Under the pieces are notes generated by a model that was not told the DNA's origin, did no database searches, and was given only the letters and a program-made list of their open reading frames with translations. Source: Lama guanicoe (taxonomy: Eukaryota). From it: a DNA stretch of 64,000 bases. Below are positions 27,400 to 40,190 of the stretch, one piece after another (position 1 is the stretch's first letter; every line of letters starts with the position of its first letter). Position numbers and translations under genes: made by a program. Where the stretch lies: NCBI GenBank assembly GCA_013239625.1, contig MU053994.1, forward strand, positions 623,775-687,774, given 5' to 3'.

Positions 27400-28300
27400 C
27401 AAAAGACTTACAAATTAAATCCATAAAATATATTTTCCCAAACAGATTAGAAAAACTTAAAAAGACTGGTAAGAGCTAGTGTTGGTTAGACTGTGGGGAA
27501 ATAGTCTCATATGCTGCTTATAGATGTGCATTTGGGAAGATTCTTCCTGGAAAGCAAACTGGCAACACACATGAAAATCCTTAAAAATACACATGCACCT
27601 TGAGACAGCCACTTCCAGAATTCAGCCTAAGGAAACAATCAGCCAGTGTGCATGAACAAGGATGTTTGCTGTGACGGTGTTCATACTAACAAAGTGCTGA
27701 AAATACTCTAATAGTCCATCAAAAAGGGACTAGTTAAATAAATTGTGAAATGGCAATTAAAAATAATGATACAAATAGTCATTGGAATTATAATGGTATA
27801 CAGCCTAAGCATGGGGATGCTAATGTCTGTAAGTTTGAAATATACTTAAAAACTAGATGTACTAATGGATGGAGGGTTGGATACACATGCAATGAATCAT
27901 GTATAGTAACGTGTTAACTGTAGAATCTAGTTGGTATTATATGAGGGTTCACCATAAAAACGCTTTGAACGTCTCAGTGTGTTTACAATTTCTGCCAACA
28001 TTTTGTTGACAGCATATTACTTGGAATGGAAAGATGTACACCATGAAATGTAAGTTTACAGAAAAACCCAAAAAGAGATGGATAACTAAGATCGATTGTA
28101 TGAATGTATGTGTAGAAGAGCCTAGAAAGACAGACAGCAATATCCAAAGGGACAGTTGTCTCCGGTGGTAGATTAGAGGTGATCTGACTCTCTTTTTTTG
28201 TATTTTATGCTTTTCAGTCTTTTCAGATTTTTTTTCAATGGCCCATTGTTACTTCTACAATTATTTCATAAAGTTATTTCCAAAAAAAATCAATAAAAGC
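27400..28300 (+). mobile_element. Old L1M 3' fragments
   Basis: tggaaagcaaactggcaa..acagccacttccag..tgttaactgtagaatctagttgg are degenerate L1 3' motifs. Confidence 0.5.
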
Positions 28301-29274
28301 AGTAAAGAATATTTATCCAAGTGGAAGGCAGGGAGGTGGTGAGTGTGGGAGTGAGGCCGAGGGCGTCAGGGGTCTGGTCTCAGGACCCCAGCCCGAAATG
28401 CAGTCGCGCCTCTAAGGAATCTGGCAGCTTCCAAAGGTGCCTGCTACTCCCCCAGGCATGGCAGCATCGCTGAATTAGTGAGGAGACAAGAGCAACATCT
28501 TGTTCATCCTGTCAGGACACAAACTGCCCAGATTCCATATATTTTCATATATGAAAAAATATTTCATATTTTCATATAAATGAAGAGTTTGAAAGTGATG
28601 AGAATATAAAGATGAGTTTGACCCTGCCTGAGCAGCTGTGGAAACGTGAACAGATGAACAGACTAAAACCAGATATTCTCGACTCCTGAGGCACATCTGT
28701 CACCTCCATGCAGATGACCCCCTCATCAAAGAAAAAGCCACACGTCAGGAAGATGGCCTTGAAACAAGAGCAGCGAGACCCCAGCTGGGGCTTTACCTGA
28801 GCTTAAATGTCCCAATCCAGGGGAAGTACATCTCAGGGCCTGAAAGAATGTAGCGGGCAGACTATGGAATTATCCCCCATAATCCCTGAAATAGTAACGA
28901 AAACCAAAGACGTGTCAAAGACTAAGGATGGATACTTTTCAAACCAGTAAAAATATGGAGTATGGAAACTAACCATGAAAAATTCCAATTCCATCCTAGA
29001 GTTTATTTTAGAACATACTATTAAACAGAAGAACAGGAAGAAATTTTTTAAATGGTGATAATTTGGAATCAGCTCTGGTTCAAAAAGAACCAGTCAGGCC
29101 AAATTAACCTCATTTCTTTCATTTACTCAAGAGAACGTCTCTTCTGAAACAGTGCATCTTGTTTGTAGAAAGACCCACACACCATCATTTGATATCCCTG
29201 TGATTGGATGGCAATGTGTTCGGCGGTTGTAAATCCCCTAAAGAAACACTTATTCACAAATTGTGTTCACAAAA

Positions 29275-29490
29275 GCAGGGACTTTTTGACTTTGTGGACC
29301 ACAATCCACAGTAAGAAATGCATTTTGTCTTGTGACTCGGTACACACATACACTCACATGACTGAAAAGTGAGTTCCGCAGAGCAATGCTTAAGGTGGGG
29401 TGACCTCTTGTATTTTCTACTTTTCCATGTAAGTTTTGAAAAAGGGCTGGCCCTGACCCACTACATGGATTTCTCCAGCCACAAATGGTA
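29275..29490. mobile_element. hAT-Charlie (Charlie4-like) MITE, opposite orientation to the two copies above
   Basis: ccacagtaagaaatgcatttt is the reverse complement of the aaaatgtgtttcttactg end of the 23 kb copy. Confidence 0.5.
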
Positions 29491-29589
29491 CCACTCAGGA
29501 GATGTGCTAGAGGGCTCTGCGTAGACTCCAAGTGAAAGAAGAATTAAGAAGAACCGATTTGGAGAAGATCCAGAGTGGCCGAGGATGCG

Positions 29590-30040
29590 ATCTTAGTTTT
29601 GCAACTCCCCAAGTAGGCCCTGAGACAAGGACTTGGTAGGTCACTGGGGAGGGGATCCCAGGAAGCCCAGTTCAGAAGTAGGGAAAGCGACAAAGGGAAA
29701 AGAGGAAATCCACGGAGATGTACTAATGTAACAAGCAAGCTGCTTCTGGGGGCAACTGGGATGCATTCTCACAGGGGATTCTCTGGGGAACTGTAACCAA
29801 TGGGACTTGGAAGCAAAGGGCATTTATCCACTGACTCCTGCCCCGCTTTGGCTGATGGTTGGCTCCAGGGATGTTAAACCTCCTACTCTTCCAGAACTTT
29901 CTGTTGAGCAAGCTCCCACAATGCTGGTGAAAGCTGGCAGGCAGAGCCTCTGAGACACAGGGACATCTGAGGCCAGGAGCCATCCACATGAGTGGGGACA
30001 ATCTACCTGGACTGCAGGAGGATGCAGAGGTGGGCTGAGC
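29590..30040. mobile_element. Old ERVL-class LTR (LTR16-like)
   Basis: gccctgagacaaggacttgg...ggggcaactggg...gcatttatccactgactcctgcccc..ttggctga. Confidence 0.55.
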
Positions 30041-32176
30041 GGACCTGATGCAGACCTGCAATGGCTATGGATGGGCAAAAAGGACAGATAAAGAGATCAA
30101 CGGAGGAAGCAGCTGGTTGGACACCTACAAGGAGGAATTTCATACAAGTTATAAGCATAACATCTTGTATTCTCTTCCCACATTAAGCTGTTCATACCCA
30201 GTATGGAGGGAACTGGCCGACTTGGGAGAGAATGGCCAGCTAGTTGCCCAGACTGTGAGCTGGCAGGTGAAACAGCTTCTAGAAAAGAGAATGTGACAGT
30301 GACCAGTAAGAGAAAAGAAGCCAAAACACAGGAGACTAGTCTATCCTAGACTGAAGCAACCACGCTGGGAATATCAGGCCATTTAGGCTAATTCTTGGGG
30401 CCACTTAAGAATATCACAGACATGCTGGAAGATGCTAGAAAGAAAAACCCCCTAAATGACCAATGTGGGCTAGCATTAATAACAAGCAAATAAGGGGGAA
30501 AAGGTTTGTTGAATGATGAAGGAACTTTAGATTTATAGTCTGAAGAAAATCAGACTTAAGGGAAATAGAATCCCTGTGTTGATTTCTCATGGATTAAAAA
30601 AAGAGAGAGAGGGAGCCTCGCTCTGTGTAATTCCAAAAGTGAAAAACAGGGATAATGGATGGAAGTTATCCAGAGGCTGGTTTCAGTTCAATTTGAGGCA
30701 GGATTTTCTAAGACTTTGAGACCATCTTGAGACACCATCAAAGCTCCCTGAGCCTGGAGGTGTTCCCACAAGGCTGGAGGATGCCAGTAGGGCGAGTGAA
30801 ATGGGGGAGTCCTCTCCCGCAGATCTAAGGCCCTTTTCCAGGTGAAGAGTCGACAGTTCTGTGAAATGATAATACCAAATAATGTTTGACACACACCGAC
30901 CCTGGATCGACTTATGTCATTGGAGAACAACCTTTGAGGGGAGGGGGTGGGCAGAAAGATGGAGGAAAGGACAAAGAAGAGTTGAAAAATAAGAGAGGAA
31001 TACTAGCAAAGCAGAGTGATGAAAGCTACAAACTGATCATTCCATCAGCTCCGGGGATAAGGGAAGATGGCTTTTAATCCACCGTTGGTTACAAACTGGG
31101 GCTCCTGCCCCTTCTGCTGCTGGAAAAGAAAGGTGGGGGAGGGAGAAAGAGAAGCCTCCATGAATAACCCTTCCATCTGTCTCCAATGCGGTGTAAAAAC
31201 AGAAACAAGGGGTCTTGGTGCTGCCCTTAAGAAAATAAGCTACAGACTCTCACACACGTCATATTGTTGAAGCCTTGGAGCACAGACGTGTGGGGAAATT
31301 ATAAATCCAGATGTGCCCTGGCGTGTTAGAAGCGTGCACAGCAAATATTAAACAAGCAAGTATCCCGGGGTGGGGGCCGGGATCACTGCACGCTGATCGC
31401 TCTGATTTTCGGCTGTGGCAGAGGCCTCTTTTTAAGTCAGGTTCGGCAGCACGGATGGTACAAAGATTATGCAGGCGCCAGGAAGCCAAGTACCCTGGAG
31501 AGCAGGATAAAAGGGCTTTAAGAGGAAAATGAATTTTTAAGATGGAAGAGAGAGGTGACTTGTTGCATAATAAAGGGCATTAGCAGAGTATTAAGTTGAG
31601 AAGCCCAAGCCAAAAATCAGGGCTCATGCCATATGCCACTTGTCTCCTCTTCTGCACGGTTTCCAACCTTGTCCACCCCAGCCATCCCTCTTCCGTAGAC
31701 GTCTCATAAATGTTTTCTTTAAAGAAAAGTGCACAGTTCAATGACTTGTCACAAGCACTCAGATCAAGGAATGGGATATGCCAGAATCACGCCACTCTCC
31801 AGACTTCCAGCACCATCACAAGTTGATTTTCTTTCGTATATTTAAAAAGTGTGAAAAGAAAGTTGTGAGCAGCTTAAAAACTCAGTGTGGTATATTTGGT
31901 TGTGAGTGGATTCAAAATTCAAAATGGTGTCTTCAGAGGTGAGGTTCTATGAACAGCAAGCACAGTGACTTTCTAGAAGACTCGAAGTGGTACGGTGTCA
32001 GCCCCACCATCTCTCAGAGCTGTCCTTTCTTCCTGTTTACATGTGGAGGTGGTGTATTCTAATGAAGATTTTAAAATTAAGACCCAGGCATTGTCTTGGA
32101 GGGAAAGACTTGACTTCAAGAGTGTAAGCAAAAGGACACAGATAAGGAGGGAGACAGGACAGATAGACAGTGGCTG

Positions 32177-32454
32177 CAGGAAGAAAGGGGTAGAGGGATA
32201 AATTGAGAGTTCAAGATTTGCAGATACTACTATACATAAAACAGATAAACAACAAGTTCATACCGTATAGCACAGGGAACTATAGTCAATATCTTGTAGT
32301 AGCATGTGAAAAAGAATATAAAAATGAATATTATGTACATGTATGAATGAAATATGATGCTGTACACCAGAAATTGACACAACATTGTAAACTGACTATA
32401 CTTCAATCAAAAAATATATATACAAAAAAAATTCTACAACAATAACAAAAAAAT
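32177..32454 (+). mobile_element. 5'-truncated lineage-specific L1 3' UTR
   Basis: gagggataaattgagagttcaagatttgcagatact...gaaattgacacaacattgtaaactgactatacttcaat plus A-rich tail; TSD gacagtggctg at 32166-32176 and 32455-32465. Confidence 0.9.
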
Positions 32455-33707
32455 GACAGTGGCTGGAGAAAAGGCGGTCTCAGGTCCCAGGGTCGGAGGC
32501 TCCAGCTGAAAGGAGCATCGTTCCACCTTAGACTTCAATGCTGATTTATACTCCCGAAGTGTTTTTCTAAGCTAATGATGGATTACATGTCAACGTTGTT
32601 GGTTCACAAGAGGAGACTTCAAAAGAGCCTATTAAATTAGGGGATTTGGCTTTCATTGATGTTTTGAACAGAACTTGGATGTTAACACGAAGGCTGTTTT
32701 CCGAGCCTCAGCTATCGCTGAGGAATTAAGCTGCAGTCAATTTCAGCTGTCTGCTCAAAGTAAGGATGTATGGCTGGTTCAACTGGGATTAGAAATAGCT
32801 TGGGTGGTGTAGGAAGCTGAGCTAAGCACCTTGCTGGGGCCACCTAGGACATGGCCTGCACGGCCCATGGGTCCACTGCAGAAAGCAGGCATCTGACTGC
32901 AGTGGAGAAGTTCACTTTTTTTTTTTTAAGAATTTTACTCTCTTATAGATAAGTGGATGTAATTTCACTTGTGTTTTAAAGCTGCTTACTGTTTGAGGAT
33001 ACCAATACAAATGCCCAAATAAAAGCAATTAATTGAAAAATTTACCAAAAGCCTCATCTGCATGAATGATCATGTTTTACTGAAAATCTCCCCCAATTCC
33101 AATTTCCATTTCTCAAGACTGAAGGCAGGATTGTTCAGTCACTGTGCAGACGAACTATCAAATAAAGCAAAAGGACACACAGCATTTGATGCATAATCAT
33201 TCTTCATGGTCACGTTCCTTTAATTATTAACATATATTTGTTGGCTTCACCTCAGGAAAAAAGGCTTTGGGTGGAACTGGGTTTGCTTAAAGGAACAAAA
33301 GTAACTTATACCTGTGTCAGATGCAGATATATTATCATTTTGCATTTTTTCAGGGTGATTCTACAAGATAAGTATTTCTCATTTTTTAAATCATGTTTCT
33401 TTTCTCTCGTCCTAGTAGGTATATCTTTGGAAAGCAGAAGTGTTTTGCGATGATAACCATTCCAATCATTTCTCTAAATCATAATATTTATAAAACCTCA
33501 TGCAAAAGAATTTTCACCATCTGCAACAAAGTCAAGTCAAAAGTTATTTATCAAGGTCCAATAATATACTTGGTACCATAGTCAAGAAAATGTAGGAAAG
33601 AAAGAAAAGAAGAAACGAAAGACAAAGAAAGGAAGGAAGGAAGGAGGAAATCACCTATTTGACCACCATGAAAAAGATGATGTAACATTAGAAAAACAGG
33701 TCACAAG

Positions 33708-33850
33708 GAGAGAGGGTAGAGCTCAGAGGGAGCACGCATGCCTAGCATGCAGTAAGTCCTGGGTTCAATCCCCAGTACCTCCACTAAAAAGTAAATAAAT
33801 AAACCTAATTACCTCCCCATAACCCCCCAAAAAAAGTTAAAAAAAAAAAA
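33708..33850 (+). mobile_element. tRNA-Ala-derived camelid SINE (Vic-1-like)
   Basis: tRNA-like head, aataaacctaattacctcccc body, poly-A; 18-bp TSD agaaaaacag(g/a)tcacaag at 33690-33707 and 33851-33868. Confidence 0.9.
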
Positions 33851-34438
33851 AGAAAAACAGATCACAAGATTCCACTTCTGGGGAAGATAGAATAATCACA
33901 CCCCATCTTGTCTTTCCTAAGAATGCAACCAAAAAACTCAGAGTGCACCGACCAGCTAAGGACTCATAGTAAACATTAGCAGGCAGACTGGAGAAGAAGG
34001 CAGAATTTGAAGTACCACTGAATTGCTGGTGACTGTCCCTTGGGCTGAGCTCAAGTCAGCCCAGCTACAGAAGTGGACACTGGGCACAGAGAAAGTTTCA
34101 GAAGAACCTCTCTAGATCCGCTCCAAGAGTGGGAAAGAGGATTCCTAATGCTGAGAGTGGGGAAAATCCTCCACTTTTGTTTGCCTTCTTTGTTCTCTTG
34201 TGCCCCAGGCCCCAGGTAATCGTGTGGTGGCAGCAGGCAGGAGTGACAGAAGTGGCACCTATGCCTCTGGGTGAGGGGAACCTTTCTGTCTTATTGGAGA
34301 AGCTGTGGTCTCAAGAGGGAGGGGAGACCACCCATGGGTTTTTTTCTTCTCTGTCTTCCCCTTGCTTGGTTTACTTTTCTCAAGCTTTTTTCTTTGTTGT
34401 TCAGGGACCTATAGGACAAGATCAAAAACTCTAACACA

Positions 34439-34580
34439 GGGGGGAGGGTAGAGCTCAGTGGTAGAGCGCATGCCTAGTAAGCATGAGGTCCCAGGTTCAA
34501 TCCTCAGAACCTCCTTTAATAAAAATAAAGAAATAAACCTAATTACCTGCTCCCCCCCCAAAAAAATTTTTTTTAATTAA
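34439..34580 (+). mobile_element. tRNA-Ala-derived camelid SINE (Vic-1-like)
   Basis: ggggagggtagagctcagtggtagagcgcatgcctag...ggttcaatcc head and aataaacctaattacc body. Confidence 0.88.
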
Positions 34581-34629
34581 ACATATAGATCTAACATTAA
34601 GATGCAGCATTCAAGAAGGAGAGAAGAAA

Positions 34630-35115
34630 GAGTGCAGTGGGATGCAGCTAAGGTGGTGCTTAGAGGGGAATTAATATAATTGGACACATATTAGAAAAAA
34701 GGAAAGGTTTCTAAACAATAACCTAAGCTTCCACCTTAACAAATTAGATAAAGAAGAACAAAATAAAGCCAAAGCAAGAAGATGGAAATAATAAAGGTAA
34801 AAGCAGAAATCAATGAAACACAATAGAGGACATAATAGAGAAAAATCAATCAAACCAAAAGTTGGTTCTCTGAGAGATATTCATGTAATTGATACAATTC
34901 TAGCAAGACTGACAAAGAAAAAGAGAAAAAGGAAATTACTAATATCAGTAATAAAGCAGGGGATATCACTTTAGATACTATGTACAACTCCGCACAGAAC
35001 TTTGACAACATAGATGAAGTGGACCAACTCCTCAAAAATCACAAACTACCAAGACTCACCCAGGATGAAATCAATAACCTGAATAGCCTCCAAAATATTA
35101 AAGACATTAAATTTG
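34630..35115 (+). mobile_element. Older L1 ORF2 fragment, left part (continues at ~39500)
   Basis: NFDNIDEVDQLLKNHKLPRLTQDEINNLNS is L1 ORF2; breaks at tttgtagttaagcttccc. Confidence 0.8.
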
Positions 35116-35117
35116 TA

Positions 35118-37292
35118 GTTAAGCTTCCCCCTACTAAAATCTGGGACAAGACGAGGCTGCCCACTGTCACCACTCCTATTCAACATAATCTTGGAATTTC
35201 TAGCCACAGCAATCAGGCAAGAGAGAGAAATAAAGGATCCAAATTGGAAAAGAAGAGGTAAAAATAGCACTATATGCAGATGACATGTTACTATACATAG
35301 AAAACCCTAAAAGGGCCACACAAAAACTGCTAGAACTAATCGAAGAATTCAGCATGGTAGCAGGTTACAAGATTAATGTACAATAATCAGTTGCTTTTCT
35401 TTACACTAACAATGAATCAACAGGAAAAGAAAGTAAAGAAACAATCCCCTTTAAAATAGCACCAATGTAATAAAATACCTAGGAATAAACCTAACCAAGG
35501 AGGTGAAAGAATTATACACAGAAAACTATAAATCACTGATGAAGGAAATTAAAGAAGACTTTAAAAAATGGAAAGCTAGCCCCATGCTCCTGGATTGGAA
35601 GAATCAATATTGTTAAAATGGTCATGCTGCCCAAGGCAGTCTACAGATTTAATGCTATCCCTACCAAATTACCCAGGACATATTTCACAGAACTAGAACA
35701 AATCATAATAAAAATTATATGGAACCACAAAAGACCTGGAATTGCCAAAGCATTACTGAAGAAAAAGAAAGAGGCTGGAGGAATAACTCTCCCACACTTC
35801 AGACAATACTACAGAGTACAGTCATCAAGACAGCATGGTATTGGTACAGAAACAGACATATGGACCAATGGAACAGAATAGAAAGCCCAGAAATGAACCC
35901 ACAAACTTTTGGTCAACTAATCTTTGACAATGGAGGTAAGAATATACAATGGAATAAAGACAGTCTCTTCAGCAAATGGTGTTGGGAAAACTGGACAGCA
36001 GCATGTAAAGCAGTGAAGCTAGAACACTCCCTTACACCATACACAAAAATCAACTCAAAATGGATCAAAGACTTAAACATAAGACAAGATACAATAAACC
36101 TCTTAGAAGAAAATATAGGCAATACATTATCTGACATACATCTAAAAATGTTCTAGAACAGTCTACCCAAGCAATAGAAATAAAAGCAAGAATAAACAAA
36201 TGGGGCCTAATGAAACTTACAAGCTTCTGCACACCAAAGGAAACCATAAGTAAAACAAAATGACAACCTACGGAATGGGAGAAAATTTTGGCAAATGATG
36301 AAACCGACAAAGGCTTGATCTCCAGAATATATAAGCAGCTCATACAACTTAATAAGAAAAAAACAAACAACCCAATACAAAAGTGGGCAGAAGACCTAAA
36401 CAAGCAATTCTCCAAGGAAGACATACAAATGATCAATGGGCACATGAAAAAATGCTCAATATCACTAATTATCAGAGAAATGCAAATCAAAACTACAATG
36501 AGGTATCACCTCACACCAGTCAGAATGGCCGTCATTCAAAAGCCCACAAATGACAAATGCTGGAGAGGCTGTGGAGAAAAGGGAACCCTCCTACACTGCT
36601 GGTGGGAATGCACTTTGGTGCAGCCACTGTGGAAAACAGTATGGAGATTCCTCAAAAGACTAGGAATAGATTTACCGTATGACCCAGGAATCCCGCTCCT
36701 GGGCATATATCCAGAAGGAACTCTACTTCAAGAAGACACCTGCACCCCAATGTTCATAGCAGCATTATTTACAATAGGCAAGTCACGGAAGTGACCTAAA
36801 TGTCCATCGACAGATGACTGGAAAAAGAAGTTGTAATATATACATACATACATACAATGGACTACTACTCAACCATAAAAAATAATAAAATAATGCCATT
36901 TGCAGCAACCTAGAGATCATCATTCTAAGTGAAATAAGCCGGAAAGATAAAGAAAAATACCATATGATATCACTCATATGTGGAATCTAAAAAAAAAAGA
37001 AAAAAGAGGACACTAATGAACTCATCTACAAAACAGAAACAGACTAGCAGACAAAGTAAACAATCTTATGGCTACTGGAGGAAAGGGGGTAGGAAGGGAT
37101 AAATCTGGGAGTTTGAGATTTGCAAATGTTAGCCACTATATACCAAAATAGATTTTAAAAAGTTTCTTCTATATAGCACAGGGAACTACATTCAATATCT
37201 TGTAATAACCTATAATGAAAAAGAATATGAAAATGAATATATGTGTGTATATGAATGACAGGGACATTGTGCAGTACACCAGAAACTGACAC
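35118..37292 (+). mobile_element. Young 5'-truncated LINE-1 (RT through 3' UTR), lacking its terminal poly-A
   Basis: RT motifs (acaagacgaggctgcccactgtcacc; tatgcagatgacatg = YADDM); ORF2 peptides [17 protein letters not shown] and [18 protein letters not shown]; multiple frameshifts. Confidence 0.95.
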
Positions 37293-37530
37293 AGAATATA
37301 GAATACAGAATACAGAATAGAATATAGAATACAGAATACAGAATATAGAATACAGATTACAGAATATAGAATAGAATATAGAGTACAGAATATAGAATAC
37401 AGAATATAGAATACAGAATATTCTATATACAAAATATAAAATATAGAATATAAAATATAGAATATTCTATAGAATATGTTGAATATAGAATATTGAATAA
37501 AATAGAATATAGAATAATATAGAATATAAA
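37293..37530. repeat. Tandem repeat (AGAATAC/AGAATAT)n with AGAAT units, degenerating rightwards
   Basis: acagaatatagaatacagaatacagaatagaatatagaatacag... Confidence 0.93.
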
Positions 37531-38788
37531 TACTATATATAGAAAACCCTAAAACCCTAAAGCCACACAAAAACTGCTAGAACTAATCGAAGAATTCAGC
37601 ATGGTAGCAGGTTACAAGATTAATGTACAATAATCAGTTGCTTTTCTTTACACTAACAATCAATCAACAGGAAAAGAAAGTAAAGAAATAATCCCCTTTA
37701 AAATAGCACCAATGTAATAAAATATCTGGGAATAAATCTAACCAAGGAGGTGAAAGACTTATACATGGAGATTTATAAACACTGATGAAGGAAATCAAAG
37801 AAGACTTAAAAAAAATGGAAAGATATCCCTTGCTCCTGGATTGGAAGAATCAAAATTATTAAAATGGTCATGCTGCCCAAGGCAATCTACAGATTTAATG
37901 CAATCTCTATCAAATTACCCAGGACGTATTTCACAGAACTAGAACAAATCATAATAAAATTTATATGGAACCACAAAAGACCTAGAATTGCCAAAGCATT
38001 ACTGAAGAAAAAGAAAGAGGCTGGAGGAATAACTCTCCCACACTTCAGACAATACTATAGAGCTACAGTCATCAGGTCAGCATGGTATTGGTACAGAAAC
38101 AGACATATGGACCAATGGAACAGAATAGAGAGCCCAGAAATGAACCCACAAACTTTTGGTCAACTAATCTTCGACAAAGGAGGCAAGAATATACAATGGA
38201 ATAAAGACAGTCTCTTCAGCAAATGGTGTTGGGAAAACTGGACAGCAGCATGTAAAGCAGTGAAGCTAGAACACTCCCTTACACCATACACAAAAATCAA
38301 CTCAAAATGGATCAAAGACTTAAACATAAGACAAGATACAATAAACCTCCTAGAAGAAAATATAGACAATACATTATCTGACATACATCTAAAAATGTTC
38401 TAGAACAGTCTACCCAAGCAATAGAAATAAAAGCAAGAAATAAAAGCAAATGGGGCCTAATGAAACTTACAAGCTTCTGCACAGCAAAGGAAACCATAAG
38501 CAAAACAAAAAGACAACCTATGGAATGGGCGAAGATTTTTGCAAATGAAACCGACAAAGGCTTGATCTCCAGAATATATAAGCAGCTCATACGACTTAAT
38601 AAGAAAAAAACAAACAACCCAATCCAAAAATGGGCAGAAGACCTAAACAAGCAATTCTCCAAGGAAGACATACAGATGATCAATAGGCACATGAAAAAAT
38701 GCCCAGTATCACTAATTATCAGAGAAATAGAAATCAAAACTACAATGAGGTATCACCTCACACCAGTCAGAATGGCCGTCATTCAAAA
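37531..38788 (+). mobile_element. Second copy of the young L1 ORF2 segment (parallels 35289-36540), cut by the gap
   Basis: 179-aa ORF 37864-38403 is L1 ORF2; DNA nearly identical to 35289-36540. Confidence 0.95.
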
Positions 38789-39201
38789 NNNNNNNNNNNN
38801 NNNNNNNNNNNNNNNNNNNNNNNNNNNNNNNNNNNNNNNNNNNNNNNNNNNNNNNNNNNNNNNNNNNNNNNNNNNNNNNNNNNNNNNNNNNNNNNNNNNN
38901 NNNNNNNNNNNNNNNNNNNNNNNNNNNNNNNNNNNNNNNNNNNNNNNNNNNNNNNNNNNNNNNNNNNNNNNNNNNNNNNNNNNNNNNNNNNNNNNNNNNN
39001 NNNNNNNNNNNNNNNNNNNNNNNNNNNNNNNNNNNNNNNNNNNNNNNNNNNNNNNNNNNNNNNNNNNNNNNNNNNNNNNNNNNNNNNNNNNNNNNNNNNN
39101 NNNNNNNNNNNNNNNNNNNNNNNNNNNNNNNNNNNNNNNNNNNNNNNNNNNNNNNNNNNNNNNNNNNNNNNNNNNNNNNNNNNNNNNNNNNNNNNNNNNN
39201 N
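38789..39201. other. Assembly gap (413 N)
   Basis: Run of n inside an L1. Confidence 1.
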
Positions 39202-39500
39202 ACAGAAACAGACTCATAGACATAGAATACAAACTTCTGGTTGCCAAGGGGGCAGGGGGTGGGAAGGGACAGAATGGGAGTTCAAAATTTGTAGATACTG
39301 ACAGGCATATGCAGAATAGATGAACAAGATTATACTGTATAGCACAGGAAAATATACATAAGATCTTGTGGTAGCTCACAGTGAAAAAAAATGTGACAAT
39401 GAATATATATATGTTCATGTATAACTGAAAAATTGTGCTCTACACTGGAATTTGACACAACATTGTAAAATGACTATAACTCAATAAAGAAATGTTTTAA
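39202..39500 (+). mobile_element. Young L1 3' UTR and tail
   Basis: acagaaacagactcatagacatagaa...tttgacacaacattgtaaaatgactataactcaataaa; differs from the UTR at 37030-37292. Confidence 0.88.
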
Positions 39501-40155
39501 AAAGAAACCCTCCAGGCCCAGATGATTTCACTGGTGAGTTCTACCAAAAATTTAAAGAAATAACACCAATTCTACAGAATCTCTTCCAGAAAGTAGAAGT
39601 GGAGAAAATATGTCCAAATTCATTTTACGAGGCCAGCATTACTCTGACGCCAAAATCAGACAAAGAAATTACAAGAAAATAAAACTACAGGACAATATCT
39701 GTCATCAACATAGATGCAAAAGTCCCTAGTATAATATAACCAAACTTCAGCAATAGATAAAGAAATAAAATGCCAACATCATGTGGCATATATCTTGGAA
39801 ATGTAAGGCTGGCTTAATAATTTTAAAAAATCAATCAATAAAGATTAAGCAGTGTAATCCACCACATTAAAACAGACTAAAGAAGAAAATGCACATGAAG
39901 AAACATCTGGCAAAATTTAACATCCATTCATGACAACAACTCACAGCAAACCAGGAAGACAAGAGAACTTCCTCAACCTGATGAAGGAAATCTACAAAAA
40001 GTCTACAATTAACATTATACTTCCTGGTGATAGATTGTGTGCCTTCCCCCTGTGATTGGGAATAATGTAAAGACATCCACTCCCATCACTGGGAGTCTCT
40101 TATTCAACATTATACTAGTAGTCCTAGCCAGTGCAATAAGACAAGAAAGAAAGAA

Positions 40156-40190
<35 letters not shown>

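Noticed and set aside
37169..37570. 133-aa Tyr/Ile/Ser/Phe-rich ORF; also a possible CRISPR-like periodic array
   Set aside because: Translation of the (AGAATAY)n simple repeat; no unique spacers; eukaryotic context
38460..39418. Long ORFs of 200-287 aa
   Set aside because: Inflated by reading through the N gap; the real parts are L1 ORF2 and UTR
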